Assembly: GCA_027062325.1 (NCBI GenBank)
Contig: JAMOTN010000029.1
Location: 1-43,893, forward strand
Direction: 5' to 3'
Length of the DNA stretch: 43,893 bases
DNA from: a bacterium
Lineage (GTDB): Bacteria > JAMOTN01
In this document: positions 1 to 10,965 of the stretch, in pieces
How the letters are laid out: the number at the start of each line of letters is the position of its first letter
How positions within the stretch are numbered: position 1 is the stretch's first letter
Program-made: the position numbers and the translations under genes
The notes under the pieces: generated by a model
Databases searched by the model: none
Told to the model about the DNA's origin: nothing
The model's input: the letters and a program-made list of their open reading frames with translations, nothing else

Positions 1-210
1 TATACCATCTTGGGCGTTTTTTTCAGCCATCTTGATACCTTTCAGCTGAGAACGCATCTTTTCAGAAATTGATAATCCCGCAGCATCATCTGCAGCACTG
101 TTGATTCTGTAACCAGAGGCCAACTGCTCATAAATTTTGCTCATTCGCTCACTAGTCGAATACAAGTAACGCTGAGCATTAATCGACGAAAGATTGTGGG
201 TAATCCTCAT
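1..210 (-). CDS. fliC: Flagellin, N-terminal 70 aa (runs off the window edge; not in the ORF track)
   Basis: Manual translation from ATG at 210: MRITHNLSSINAQRYLYSTSERMSKIYEQLASGYRINSAADDAAGLSISEKMRSQLKGIKMAEKNAQDGI, the flagellin N-terminal signature; GGGGTG RBS upstream. Confidence 0.95.
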   Translation of the reverse strand, partial: MRITHNLSSINAQRYLYSTSERMSKIYEQLASGYRINSAADDAAGLSISEKMRSQLKGIKMAEKNAQDGI

Positions 211-429
211 CTACTATCACCCCTTCTGCTCCTACATCTTGGAGTCTCATTCTTCACTAAAAAAGTCGTCATTATTCTGAAAAATTTAATAGATTACCAG
301 TTGCCATTAAAAAATGTTTTTACGATAAAATTGCCGGCAATAGCGAAAATATAAACATATCATCCCCTAAAACAAACGAGAAAAAATTAAAATCTAAGAA
401 TTACGATTTGAAAAATTAAACTCTTAAAA

Positions 430-1161
430 TTAGATTTTATTCACTAACTCAAATCTATTGTGAAACCACCAATACTGAGCAGGTTCCTGTTTTATAACAT
501 CCCACAAAGTAGAGAAATATTCTTCTAAAAATCTCTCACTACTAATTTTTTTTATCAACACTGTATGTTTCCCCAATCTTTTCCTTCTAGTAACTACAAA
601 AAACACATTATAACCGTAGCGCCTTGCCATCTTCTCAACAGCATCAGGAGCTAATACATCAAAACCTGCAAAATTAACAACTCTACCTCTTTTTACCCTT
701 TGATCAATCAAAACTCCTATATTCAACCCCTTTGAAAATCCTTTAACTATCCCCTTTCCATCTAGTTTATCTACAACTTTGGCATATTTTTTCCTTATAA
801 AATCATTGATCCAATTCAATCTATTAGCAGTTCTGGCAATTACTATAAAATCCCGTGAGAAATTTCTTCCCAACCAGTTACTCAATACTTCCCAATTACC
901 ATAGTGAGCACTCAACACCAAAACAGGTTCTGAAGAAAAAATCTCATCTGCTCCACTATTCAAATACTCAACATCAAACTCAACTGGAAAAGCAAATTCT
1001 ACAATGAAATTCACTAACTCCTCATAAAACCTACACTCTATTTCTTTCCACTTATCTGGAAACAGTTCTATCAAATTTCTACGCACAATCTTGTATCTAA
1101 AAGGAGCAATTCTTTTTATTAACCCCCTCAAAATTCCCCCCAACACAAACAACCACTCCAA
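430..1161 (-). CDS. lpxL: Lipid A biosynthesis acyltransferase (LpxL/HtrB family)
   Basis: SAHYGNWE acyltransferase motif, VLIDQ, C-terminal PAQYWWFHNRF. Confidence 0.85.
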   Translation of the reverse strand: MEWLFVLGGILRGLIKRIAPFRYKIVRRNLIELFPDKWKEIECRFYEELVNFIVEFAFPVEFDVEYLNSGADEIFSSEPVLVLSAHYGNWEVLSNWLGRNFSRDFIVIARTANRLNWINDFIRKKYAKVVDKLDGKGIVKGFSKGLNIGVLIDQRVKRGRVVNFAGFDVLAPDAVEKMARRYGYNVFFVVTRRKRLGKHTVLIKKISSERFLEEYFSTLWDVIKQEPAQYWWFHNRFELVNKI

Positions 1162-1180
1162 CTACTTCAACTGAAGCCCA

Positions 1181-1870
1181 TCAATATCCGTATAGTGCAT
1201 AAACTCTTGCAATCCAAGGCATATACCTTTTACCTTCTTTAACAACAACCTCTTCTTTAAAAGGTGGCGGTGCTTTTCCTTTTACTAAAGAAGCAAAGAA
1301 AAGATACGGTGCTTCCCTTGAAGTAGCCTTCACATATACAACCCTCACAGTATTAAAACCATACTTAGTATGTATATCAAACACTTCTTCATACCTATCC
1401 ACAGGATACACAAATTCAAATAAACCACCCTTGCATAACAAAGTAGAGGCAGCCTCAAGCATTTTCTCCAAACTTATACTCTTTTCAAACATGCAAACCC
1501 TTCGTTTATCATTAAGTTCCTCTTTTCCATCACCTTTTCTATAAGGTGGATTAAAAACTATGTGCTGAAAAATCTCCTCCTTAAAAGGAGATTTTGTAAA
1601 ATCTGCAAGAACAACTTTATCATCATATCCCAAAGTTGAAATATTTCTTTTGATAAAAGGTAAAAATTCTGACTGTAGCTCTAAAAAATAAACATCAGCT
1701 TGCGCTTTTAGCCACAATGTAAGGCCAACTATCCCATTACCACAACCAGCATCAAGAGTTTTTATCTTGAAACCAGCTGTTGCCAACGCTGCCAGAATTA
1801 TAGAATCTTCATTTATCTTGTACCACTCAGGTGAGACTAAATCCACCTTTCCTCTAGCTTTTACTGCCAT
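1181..1870 (-). CDS. SAM-dependent adenine-N6 methyltransferase, tRNA1(Val) A37 (TrmN6/YfiC-like)
   Basis: LDAGCGNG SAM-binding motif, FNPPY motif, DSIILA N-terminal motif. Confidence 0.75.
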   Translation of the reverse strand: MAVKARGKVDLVSPEWYKINEDSIILAALATAGFKIKTLDAGCGNGIVGLTLWLKAQADVYFLELQSEFLPFIKRNISTLGYDDKVVLADFTKSPFKEEIFQHIVFNPPYRKGDGKEELNDKRRVCMFEKSISLEKMLEAASTLLCKGGLFEFVYPVDRYEEVFDIHTKYGFNTVRVVYVKATSREAPYLFFASLVKGKAPPPFKEEVVVKEGKRYMPWIARVYALYGY

Positions 1871-1916
1871 ACCCTATCTCCAAACTCACCTTTATAAAGT
1901 TACTTTCTATACAATC

Positions 1917-3125
1917 TTACTTTCCTGCCACGTTAACCATCTGAACAAGTGGCATGAAGACTGCCATAACAATTCCACCAATAAGTCCACCCAAGAATAA
2001 AATCATGATAGGCTCGATAACACTTGAAAGTGCTTTAACAGATGCATCAACTTCTTTTTCATAAAAATCTGCAATCTTAGTAAGCATCTTATCAAGTTCT
2101 CCCGTTTCCTCTCCAATTGCAATCATTTGAATAACCATAGGTGGGAAAACCCCCGTTCTTCTCAAGGGGTCCGCAATACTTTCTCCTTCCGAAATACTAC
2201 TTTTAACTTTTCGAACAGCTTCTTCTATGACTTTATTCCCTGCAGCCTCAGCTGTAACTTCCAAAGCTTGCAATATAGGAACACCAGATGCAAGGAGGGT
2301 CCCCAACGTCCTAGTAAATTTTGCTATTGCTGTCTTCTTAATCATGTCTCCAAAAGCTGGCAAATTCAACATAACCTTATCAAACCAATATCTTCCAAAA
2401 TCTGTCTCAAGAAATACCTTTATACCAATAACTATTCCAACCAAAGCAAGTATAACCAAAGCAATATAATTACTGACAAAGTGAGAAAGCATAAGCAATA
2501 TACGTGTTGGAAGTGGTAAAGCATTCTCTCCACCCATATCTTTGAATATCTGCATGAATTGAGGAACAACAAAGGCAAGAATAAATATAACAACCAAAAC
2601 AGCTATTGACATAACAACAACCGGATAAGTTAAAGCTCCCTTAACCTTTCCTTTCAAATCCTCTGCATTTTCCAAATAATCTGCAATTCTTTCCAAAATC
2701 TTATCCAAGATACCACCAGCTTCTCCAGCTTTTACCAAGTTAACAAATAGATCACCGAATACCTTAATATGCGCTTTCATAGCAGCCGACAAAGAAGAAC
2801 CAGCCTCAACATCACTCTTGACCTTACTAACAACCTCTCTAAAAGTTGGATTCTCCATCTGCTCTGCCAATATTTGCAAACATCTTACAAGGGGAACACC
2901 CGAGTTTATCATAACGGCAAATTGACGTGCAAAAACAGCCACCTCTTTACTACTAACACTTGGTTTAAAAAGATCAAAACCACCACCGCGTTTTTCTTGA
3001 ATATTAACAACTATGTAGCCCTTTTTTCTCAACTTTTGGGCAGCTTCTGAAACGCTAGCTGCCTCAACCTCTTCAGTTTTCGACTGTCCTTGATAAGTCC
3101 TGACCTTACATATATAAGTGGGCAT
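1917..3125 (-). CDS. pilC: Type IV pilus platform protein PilC
   Basis: Two T2SSF domains (FARQFAVMINSGVPL, GEAGGILD, GEETGELDKML, IEP); follows pilB-pilT. Confidence 0.95.
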   Translation of the reverse strand: MPTYICKVRTYQGQSKTEEVEAASVSEAAQKLRKKGYIVVNIQEKRGGGFDLFKPSVSSKEVAVFARQFAVMINSGVPLVRCLQILAEQMENPTFREVVSKVKSDVEAGSSLSAAMKAHIKVFGDLFVNLVKAGEAGGILDKILERIADYLENAEDLKGKVKGALTYPVVVMSIAVLVVIFILAFVVPQFMQIFKDMGGENALPLPTRILLMLSHFVSNYIALVILALVGIVIGIKVFLETDFGRYWFDKVMLNLPAFGDMIKKTAIAKFTRTLGTLLASGVPILQALEVTAEAAGNKVIEEAVRKVKSSISEGESIADPLRRTGVFPPMVIQMIAIGEETGELDKMLTKIADFYEKEVDASVKALSSVIEPIMILFLGGLIGGIVMAVFMPLVQMVNVAGK

Positions 3126-3168
3126 TCCCCATCACCTCTCAAGCTTATACTCATACCCCTTATCTACT

Positions 3169-4236
3169 CTAAACTCCCAACATTCTTGACAACTCTTCAG
3201 GATGCAACGTTCTACTCATCGCTTCTTCTAGGCTTATCAAACCACGCTTGTAAAGATCAGCAAGTGACTGCTCAAACGTTTGCATTCCAAGATTAGTTGA
3301 CGTTTGCATAACAGAGTAAAGTTGGTGAATCTTATTCTCACGAATCAAGTTCTTCACAGCTGGATTTGAAACCAAAACCTCACAACATGGAACTCTTCCC
3401 TTTCCAGAAGCCATCGGTATAAGCTGCTGAGCTACAACTCCTTGGAGAACAAAGGAAAGCTGCGTTCTAACCTGCTGTTGCTGGTGGGGAGGAAATACGT
3501 CAATTATACGGTTGATAGCCTGAACAGCATCATTGGTATGTAGAGTTGAGAAAACAAGGTGTCCAGTCTCTGCAATGGTCAAAGCAGCTTCAATCGTTTC
3601 AAGATCACGCATCTCTCCTATTAGAATGACATCCGGATCTTGACGCAACACATACTTCAAAGCATCAGTATAACTTCTCGTATCTGTCCCCAATTCACGC
3701 TGATTAACAACAGACTTTTTGTGATGATGTAGATACTCAATTGGATCCTCTATAGTAATTATATGCTTTCTAAAACTTTGATTTATCATGTCTATTATAG
3801 AAGCCAAGGTCGTTGATTTTCCAGATCCTGTTGGACCTGTAACCAGTACCAATCCCTTAGGAAGTTTAGCAAAATCTTTTATTTTAGGAGGCAAATTTAA
3901 ATCCTCAATTGCTGGAATTTTAGAAGGGATAACACGAAAAGCCGCTGCAACACAGCCACGCTGTTTGTAAACATTAACTCTGAAACGTCCAAAACCATGC
4001 AAACTGTATGAAAAATCAAGCTCATTAGTCTCTTCAAACATTTTTTGTTGTTCAGCTGTAAGAATACTGTATATAAGACTGCGCGTATCCATAGGAGTTA
4101 AAACATCCATATCTGTAGGATAAAGTTGCCCATCTATTCTAAGAATCGGGGGAACACCAACAGTTATGTGCAAATCAGAGGCATCTGAGTCAATAACCAA
4201 TTGGAGCAAGTCATTAAGAACAATCATTCTCAACAC
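3169..4236 (-). CDS. pilT: Type IV pilus retraction ATPase PilT
   Basis: ASDLHI, GPTGSGKSTT, TIEDPIE, LRQDPDVILIGEMRD, AVKNLIRE (AIRNLIRE-like). Confidence 0.95.
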   Translation of the reverse strand: MLRMIVLNDLLQLVIDSDASDLHITVGVPPILRIDGQLYPTDMDVLTPMDTRSLIYSILTAEQQKMFEETNELDFSYSLHGFGRFRVNVYKQRGCVAAAFRVIPSKIPAIEDLNLPPKIKDFAKLPKGLVLVTGPTGSGKSTTLASIIDMINQSFRKHIITIEDPIEYLHHHKKSVVNQRELGTDTRSYTDALKYVLRQDPDVILIGEMRDLETIEAALTIAETGHLVFSTLHTNDAVQAINRIIDVFPPHQQQQVRTQLSFVLQGVVAQQLIPMASGKGRVPCCEVLVSNPAVKNLIRENKIHQLYSVMQTSTNLGMQTFEQSLADLYKRGLISLEEAMSRTLHPEELSRMLGV

Positions 4237-4276
4237 CCCTTTATCAAATCATTTATACTTAATCATTTTGCCTTAA

Positions 4277-6007
4277 CTAATGCCCTGCGGTAACTCTCAC
4301 TACTTCCTCCACAGTTGTCAAGCCTAAAAGCAACTTTCTTATCGCGCTTTCACGCAGTGTAAGCATTCCTTCCTTTTTAGCCTGCTCTCTTATCTCAGCT
4401 GTAGTTTTAGCAGTTGTTATCATATCCGAAATAGTCTCCGTAACCTTCATAACCTCGTAAACACCAATCCTCCCTTTGTAACCAGTTCCACCACACTTAT
4501 CACAACCTCTACCTTTGTAGAAGACAATATTCTTAATATTCATATGTCCCAATCCCAAACGTACCAACAATTCAGGTGTTATCCCCAAACTCTTCAATAG
4601 CTCCGGCTTAGGACGATACTCAGTTTTGCAATGTTTACATATAGTTCTCACAAGACGTTGAGCTTGAACAAGCCTCAAACTTGTGGCAAGCATGAACGGC
4701 TCAATTCCCATGTTCAAAAGTCGCCCAACAGTAGAAGGAGCATCATTGGTATGTAAGGTTGACAAAACCAAGTGACCAGTAAGTGAAGCCTTAATTGCAA
4801 TATCCGCAGTCTCAAAATCTCGTATCTCTCCAACCATTATAATATCTGGATCTTGTCGCAGGAACGAACGCAAAGCTGCTGCAAACGTCAAACCTATCTC
4901 TGGCTTACACTGAACCTGATTTATTCCATATAACTGATACTCAACAGGATCTTCTGCAGTCATTATATTAACCTCAGGCTTATTCAATAAGTGCATAGCA
5001 GAGTAAAGAGTTGTCGTCTTTCCAGATCCAGTCGGTCCCGTAACCAAAACTATCCCATTTGGACTTTGAATTGCTTCTACAAATCTCTCAAGAGACTCAG
5101 GTTCAAATCCCAAATCCTTAAGGTCTAATTTGAGGTTACTCTGGTCAAGAATTCTCATAACAACCTTTTCGCCCCACACACAGGGCAATGTGCTAACACG
5201 CAAATCCACAGGACGCCCTGCAACTTTTATCTTGATACGTCCATCTTGGGGCAATCTTTTCTCTGCAATATCAAGTTTTGACATAATCTTTATACGAGAA
5301 ACTATGGCGTTGTATGCTTTCTTTGGAGGCTTCATAACAACATGCAAAACTCCATCTTTTCTATAACGCACACGGACCTCATGCTCAAAAGCCTCAATGT
5401 GAATATCACTTACTTTCTCCTGCACAGCTTGGGTAAGGATTAAGTTAACCAATCTTATAATAGGAGCATCATTTTCACCAAACTCTGCATCTTCCAAACT
5501 TCCTGCTGCCTCTTCTGGAGTTCCTCCAACATCACCTATCTCTTCCATTATCTCATCAGCTTTGCTGCCACCGTAAATCGACTCTATTGCTGCCTCAATT
5601 TCTGAAGGGAGAGCTATTACAGGCTTCACAACCAATCCTGTCAGGTGTTGTATATCATCTATGGCTATAACATTAAGTGGATCTGCCATAGCAACTGTAA
5701 GCTTATTTCCAACCTTGTTCAAAGGAACCACCTTATATTGTTTCGCAACATTTTCAGGAATTAATTTGGCAACCTCAGGCTCAACCATGTAGTTTTTCAA
5801 ATTGACAAAAGGCACATTAAGCTGTTTTGCCAACACCATTACTATGTCCTTTTCTGTAACAGCTCCCATTTCTATCAGTATTTCACCCAAACGCTTACCT
5901 GTTTTTTTCTGCAACATCAACGCTTTTCTCAACTGGTCTTCATTTATCAATCCCTCTTTTATGAGTGCATCTCCAATTCTCAGCTTTTTTCTTCCCATTT
6001 GCGCCAA
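4277..6007 (-). CDS. pilB: Type IV pilus extension ATPase PilB with N-terminal MshEN-like c-di-GMP motifs
   Basis: RIGDALI...RLGEILI MshEN repeats, GPTGSGKTTT, Zn motif CKHC...CDKC. Confidence 0.95.
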   Translation of the reverse strand: MAQMGRKKLRIGDALIKEGLINEDQLRKALMLQKKTGKRLGEILIEMGAVTEKDIVMVLAKQLNVPFVNLKNYMVEPEVAKLIPENVAKQYKVVPLNKVGNKLTVAMADPLNVIAIDDIQHLTGLVVKPVIALPSEIEAAIESIYGGSKADEIMEEIGDVGGTPEEAAGSLEDAEFGENDAPIIRLVNLILTQAVQEKVSDIHIEAFEHEVRVRYRKDGVLHVVMKPPKKAYNAIVSRIKIMSKLDIAEKRLPQDGRIKIKVAGRPVDLRVSTLPCVWGEKVVMRILDQSNLKLDLKDLGFEPESLERFVEAIQSPNGIVLVTGPTGSGKTTTLYSAMHLLNKPEVNIMTAEDPVEYQLYGINQVQCKPEIGLTFAAALRSFLRQDPDIIMVGEIRDFETADIAIKASLTGHLVLSTLHTNDAPSTVGRLLNMGIEPFMLATSLRLVQAQRLVRTICKHCKTEYRPKPELLKSLGITPELLVRLGLGHMNIKNIVFYKGRGCDKCGGTGYKGRIGVYEVMKVTETISDMITTAKTTAEIREQAKKEGMLTLRESAIRKLLLGLTTVEEVVRVTAGH

Positions 6008-6013
6008 CTTAAA

Positions 6014-7195
6014 TCACCAACCTCTTATCTTTTTATACCTATTATCAACAACTCTTCTCACCTTATCAGCATCAACCGGCAACATTTTCTCAATCTCTCT
6101 CAGATATTTAAGCTCGCTACTCCAATCTTCCTTTTCGAAACTTCTCCATGCTTCAAATATAAACCACGCAAGATTGTCCTTATTTTCTATTTTAAAATAT
6201 GTTTCACAACTTGCAATAAAACCATTTTTTAAATACCAAAATACCCTTTCTTCTGGCATGAAATAAGCCAACTTAAATCCTGCATCAGAATCAAAGGCCA
6301 GTATTTCCCACTTAGGGGAGTAACTAATCTTAAAAGGATAATTCACTTTAACCAAAATGTTTTTCTTCCCTTTTCTATAAACAACTATCTTATCTTCAAA
6401 CGGCAACGAATATATAGCATCTTCTACATCACCATTGTGAAATTTTAAAACTTCAAAATCATAAATTCTAGAAAACTCAGCCAAATCTATCATCTCATGT
6501 GTATCAAACTCCAACGCCACAAGTTCAGCAGCATACCAGTTCAAAATCCACAACTTGCCGAACGCCCACCTCAAAACATATGGCTCCCTTCCAAACCAAA
6601 CATACTTTCTCCTCCACCATACCTCATCTCCAACTTTATCCGCAATTGCCACTCCATAAGGAGTCAAAACAATATCACTTACCACAGCAGTAACAGGATC
6701 TTGAGTATAAACTTCTTTTAGCTCTAGGTCTTTAGCAAATACATCAAATTCCAAAATCCTAACTGAAGCATCTTCAAAACCAACAGCTAACTTCGGATAA
6801 ACATAATCAAAACAAACAGCTTTTTCATTATTAAAGATTTGATTAAAATTTAACACTCTTTCCCTCGTAGCCTCTCTAGAAAACGGATTTATTTTCCAAA
6901 TTTCAAACGAGCCCCCCTTAGTAAGGAGTAGTAAATAAAGTTCTTTTGTAGAATCAAACACCTGAAAATCTTGAACTTCAAAAGTAGCTACAGGCAGCTC
7001 AACAAGTTCGTAAGTAGCAAACCTCATTTTTTCTACAAAAGGTTCAACATCCTCCCAATCCAAATCTTTCCAAGTCAAATTTTTTTTATTACTCCACTCA
7101 TTATCCCAACTCTCAGAATAGGTAAATATTGCAATTGTACCCACTAAAATCACCAGCAACTTCATTAACCTACAAATTACCTCCCTCAAATTCAC
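6014..7195 (-). CDS. Hypothetical exported protein, possibly beta-propeller-like
   Basis: 393-aa ORF in operon between xerC and pilB; N-terminal hydrophobic segment; beta-strand-rich pattern. Confidence 0.55.
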   Translation of the reverse strand: MNLREVICRLMKLLVILVGTIAIFTYSESWDNEWSNKKNLTWKDLDWEDVEPFVEKMRFATYELVELPVATFEVQDFQVFDSTKELYLLLLTKGGSFEIWKINPFSREATRERVLNFNQIFNNEKAVCFDYVYPKLAVGFEDASVRILEFDVFAKDLELKEVYTQDPVTAVVSDIVLTPYGVAIADKVGDEVWWRRKYVWFGREPYVLRWAFGKLWILNWYAAELVALEFDTHEMIDLAEFSRIYDFEVLKFHNGDVEDAIYSLPFEDKIVVYRKGKKNILVKVNYPFKISYSPKWEILAFDSDAGFKLAYFMPEERVFWYLKNGFIASCETYFKIENKDNLAWFIFEAWRSFEKEDWSSELKYLREIEKMLPVDADKVRRVVDNRYKKIRGW

Positions 7196-8151
7196 ATCAT
7201 CCCCTTCTCAAATCTTCTATATTCCTCTATCAACCTTTGAGGACTAACCTTTGTATAAACCTGAGTTGTTGCCACATTTGAGTGCCCAAGAAGCTCTTGA
7301 ATAGCCCTCAAAGACATTCCCCTTTCCAACAAAACCGTTGCCAATGTATGCCTGAAAACATGCGGCGTAATCTTAAATTTCGTTGCAAATTCCTTCAACA
7401 ACTGCGATAAAATAAATCGAACTCCTCTGCTACTTAAACTATCTCCCCTTACATTTACAAACACAACTTTCTTACCTCCAAATATTCCCTTTTGAAGTTC
7501 TTTGTATTTTCTGAACATTTCAGCTAACTCACAAGTGAAGAAAACAACACGTTCTTTTCTCCCTTTCCCAAAAACTCTCACTTCACATTTATCAATATTA
7601 ACATCACTCCACTTCAAACTCACCAGCTCAGACACTCTCACCCCTGTCTCAAACAAGAACCTAAACATCACATAATTCCTAATTTTTAAAAATGCTTTTT
7701 TTATTCTTCTACTTTTACCATCTTTTTCTTCCAAATTAAAAACAGCCCAAAATTCTTTTTTCAGGCTGTTTTTTAACCTGTCAATAAAATTTTTCATTTC
7801 TTCTAATTTGACCGCTTTAGGAAGATAATCTATTCCTCTAGGCTGTTTCAACTTCAAAGCCCAATTTTTATTAATTACTTCCCTCTTCCTCAGAAAAGAA
7901 AAAAAAGTCTTCAAAGCAGAGATTCTCCTTGCCACTGTTCTCTTCTCATATCCTCTCTCCATAAGGAGATAAACGTAATCTCGCAACACACGCAAATTTA
8001 CTTCTTTCAAGTCAATTTTTCTCTTTTCTAAATACTTGCAGAAATCATTCAAATCCGCAATATAAGATCTTACAGTATTTGAGGAATACTTTTTAAAAAA
8101 AGCATACCCCTTAAATAACTCCACAAAATCCTTACATCTCATAACTATCAC
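7192..8151 (-). CDS. xerC: Tyrosine recombinase XerC/XerD family
   Basis: YSSNTVRSYIADL N-terminal domain; catalytic R (TGVRVSE), K (GKGRKER), HVFRH, LLGH, Y (TTQVYT). Confidence 0.85.
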   Translation of the reverse strand: MIVMRCKDFVELFKGYAFFKKYSSNTVRSYIADLNDFCKYLEKRKIDLKEVNLRVLRDYVYLLMERGYEKRTVARRISALKTFFSFLRKREVINKNWALKLKQPRGIDYLPKAVKLEEMKNFIDRLKNSLKKEFWAVFNLEEKDGKSRRIKKAFLKIRNYVMFRFLFETGVRVSELVSLKWSDVNIDKCEVRVFGKGRKERVVFFTCELAEMFRKYKELQKGIFGGKKVVFVNVRGDSLSSRGVRFILSQLLKEFATKFKITPHVFRHTLATVLLERGMSLRAIQELLGHSNVATTQVYTKVSPQRLIEEYRRFEKGMM

Positions 8152-8172
8152 CGAATTTCTGCTTTAAAAACA

Positions 8173-9345
8173 CTATTTCCCCACACCACTGTACATGGCC
8201 ATCATAGGAGTAACAACCATAAGAGCTATGAACCCTATCATAAAAGCTATTCCTAAAATAAACGCAGTTTCTACAAATTTTAACATAAAAGCTAACATTT
8301 GATTAAAACGCCTTTCATAATACATCTTCATCGCTAAAAAACTCTCGTCCAAATTTCCACTTCTCTCTCCTATCTCTACAAAGTTTGTAAACTCAAACGG
8401 AAACCCAACTTCTTTGAAGGCATCAGATAAACTCTTTCCTTCCATAACAAGCTCTCTAACTTTTTTTATTCTATCCCTCCACACTCCCACACTCATTCGC
8501 TCCGCATTAGAAAGAACATTGGTAACAAGAACACCACTTTTCAAAGATATGTAAAAAGTAGCAGACAACTGATACAAAACGTAATAATCTATTATTCTTC
8601 CTACCAATGGAAGCTTGTTGAGGATCCTAGTTAGAAAAGCAGCCAACTTTCTAGAAAGCAATGCTGCAATTAAAAGTAACGGCAATAAAGCTGCTAATAA
8701 AAAAATCCACGTATTAACTCTTAAAACATCAAAAATCTTGAACGACACAAGCGCTATTTTAGGAATTTTTGAAGCAGCAATTCTTATTACCACACTTTTT
8801 AAACGCGGAATTGCAAATTTCGAAAGAAAGTAAACCAAACTCAATGCAACGTAGTACAAAAACAAAGGATAAGAAACATTCTTGAAAAGAGAACTCTTAA
8901 CCTGAGCTCTCATCTTCACAATTTGGGCTGCAAATTCAAAAGCCCCCTCCATATTTCCAGTTGCAAACTGAACCGCCATAACTTCTATAGCCAAATCACC
9001 AAGATAATTACTTATAACTCTAAATGCCTCTGCTGGCTCTCTTCCCTCTTCTAACAACTTCAAAACATCCTCAAATAAGTACTTTGCTTCCTTGGAAGAG
9101 CTAGCAACAATTCTAACCGCCTGAATTAAGGTAACCCCACTCCTAACAAGAAGAGCCAAATCCTCTAAAAGCTCTGCTAACCTTTCATCACCTATCACCA
9201 CAATATTCAAATCAAACACCCGAGAACATTTTAAAACAGCAATCCCTCGCCTATTCAACTCAGCTATAGCTTCATCTTTACTGGAAGCTACAACAAGACC
9301 CTCAACCTCTTTATCACCTTGCAAACCCACATATTTAAACTTCAC
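8173..9345 (-). CDS. Second T2SS F/PilC-family platform protein
   Basis: LLVRSGVTL, SYP, GERSGNLDE; downstream of a GspE-like ATPase. Confidence 0.85.
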   Translation of the reverse strand: MKFKYVGLQGDKEVEGLVVASSKDEAIAELNRRGIAVLKCSRVFDLNIVVIGDERLAELLEDLALLVRSGVTLIQAVRIVASSSKEAKYLFEDVLKLLEEGREPAEAFRVISNYLGDLAIEVMAVQFATGNMEGAFEFAAQIVKMRAQVKSSLFKNVSYPLFLYYVALSLVYFLSKFAIPRLKSVVIRIAASKIPKIALVSFKIFDVLRVNTWIFLLAALLPLLLIAALLSRKLAAFLTRILNKLPLVGRIIDYYVLYQLSATFYISLKSGVLVTNVLSNAERMSVGVWRDRIKKVRELVMEGKSLSDAFKEVGFPFEFTNFVEIGERSGNLDESFLAMKMYYERRFNQMLAFMLKFVETAFILGIAFMIGFIALMVVTPMMAMYSGVGK

Positions 9346-10907
9346 TTAAGAGTTAATACCTCCTTAATGGATATCTCACCCTTACGCGCAAGCTCTAAAG
9401 CCTTACTTCTCAAAGTCCCAATTTGGGCTCTTTTCTCAAATTCCACTTTGGATCCCGTATTTTCTATAGCTTCCCTAAGAGCTGCATCAACCTGCAACAT
9501 TTGGTAAACCAAAATTCTTCCCGCAACTCCTGTATGCCCACATTTATCACATCCTACAGCCTCACTCCACTCTCCATCTCCATACATCTCAACAATTTGT
9601 GGATCCTCTACCCTCCTCTTACAATACGGACACAATCTTTTCAGAAGTCTTTGAGCTATTAAAACATCAAGGCTTCCCGCAACTATGTATGATGGAACCC
9701 CCATTTGAATAAGCCTTATAGGAATTTCTGCAACATCATAAGTGTGAATTGTAGTCAAAACCAAGTGGCCGGTGAGAGCTGCTTCACAAGCAAGATGTGC
9801 CGTCTCAGAATCCCTTATCTCGCCAACCATTATGACATCCGGATCTGCTCTCAAAACACTACGCAAAGCTTTTGCAAAATCCAAACCAACCGCTTTATTA
9901 ACCTGAATCTGAGTTAACCAATCAAATCTGTATTCTACGGGATCTTCTATGCTTATCACTTTTCTCTTAGTAACTCCTATTAACTTCTGTAAAATTGTGT
10001 AAAGAGTAGTAGTCTTTCCAGATCCTGTTGGACCTGCCACAACTATCATTCCAGCATTTCTACCACTGTAAATTTCAAGCAACTTAGCATCATCTTTGTT
10101 AAATCCCAACACTTCCAGATCAAATTCAACATTTTGCATTCCAAGAATCCTCAACACAGCCTCTTCTCCATAAACCGTAGGTATCGTAACAACTCTAACC
10201 TCATATGTGGCAATCTTGCCAAAATTAAATACAAAACTACCATCTTGCGGAATCCTATCATCGGTGACATCCATTCCTCCAACAACTTTAACACGTCTTA
10301 TAACATTATCCGCCGTGGGCTGTTTTAAACTTTTAACAGTAGTTAAAACACCATTTATTCTAAATCTTACTCGTATATCTCCTCCTTTATCTCTTTCAAA
10401 GTGGATATCACTTGCAGTATTCTCTACAGCTGCTTCAAGTATCTCCTGCAATAAAACTGCTATATCGTCTTCATCTGCTATATCAACAGCAGAAGCTTTA
10501 GAAACAATTTCATTAAACGTGTCTTCATCTATTAAAAACAGTTGAATAGGTTTATCAAAAGCATTCGAAATCTCATTCAAATTCAAAAGACTGGTAGGAT
10601 CGTAAAAACCAACCCACACGCTCCTTGAATCCTCAAGTAATGGAACCAATCCCCACTCTTTAAGTTTCTTTTTAGGAAATCTTTGAATCAACTGCGAAGA
10701 TACCTCTTCAACCTTTCTAAGATAAGGTACTCCTATTTGAGAAGCAAGAGTTTCATACAAATCATTTTTATCTATATAACCAGCTTTTACAAGATAATCT
10801 CCTAACTTTAAGCCTTCTCGCTTAGCTTCTTTCAAAGCCTTCTCCAAAGTTTCAGGAGTTAACTTACCAGCTTTAACCAGCAGTTCTCCCAACCTCAAAA
10901 CAACCAT
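9342..10907 (-). CDS. Second GspE/PilB-family ATPase
   Basis: RLGELLV MshEN motif, ASDIHFE, GPTGSGKTTT, LRADPDVIMVGEIRD, CPYC...CDKC. Confidence 0.92.
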   Translation of the reverse strand: MVVLRLGELLVKAGKLTPETLEKALKEAKREGLKLGDYLVKAGYIDKNDLYETLASQIGVPYLRKVEEVSSQLIQRFPKKKLKEWGLVPLLEDSRSVWVGFYDPTSLLNLNEISNAFDKPIQLFLIDEDTFNEIVSKASAVDIADEDDIAVLLQEILEAAVENTASDIHFERDKGGDIRVRFRINGVLTTVKSLKQPTADNVIRRVKVVGGMDVTDDRIPQDGSFVFNFGKIATYEVRVVTIPTVYGEEAVLRILGMQNVEFDLEVLGFNKDDAKLLEIYSGRNAGMIVVAGPTGSGKTTTLYTILQKLIGVTKRKVISIEDPVEYRFDWLTQIQVNKAVGLDFAKALRSVLRADPDVIMVGEIRDSETAHLACEAALTGHLVLTTIHTYDVAEIPIRLIQMGVPSYIVAGSLDVLIAQRLLKRLCPYCKRRVEDPQIVEMYGDGEWSEAVGCDKCGHTGVAGRILVYQMLQVDAALREAIENTGSKVEFEKRAQIGTLRSKALELARKGEISIKEVLTLK

Positions 10908-10965
10908 TTAATGCCATCACCTACACAATAGAAAGCAACCTTTTTACAAGCATTCAAGTCTTAAC

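Noticed and set aside
263-288. Sigma-28 promoter for flagellin (TAAA-N14-GACGACTT, minus strand)
   Set aside because: Plausible location, but spacing and -10 match to GCCGATAA are too weak to call
7192-8151. Tyrosine recombinase as a prophage or island integrase
   Set aside because: XerC/D-like size and motifs, embedded in an operon, with no tRNA, att repeats or phage genes seen nearby
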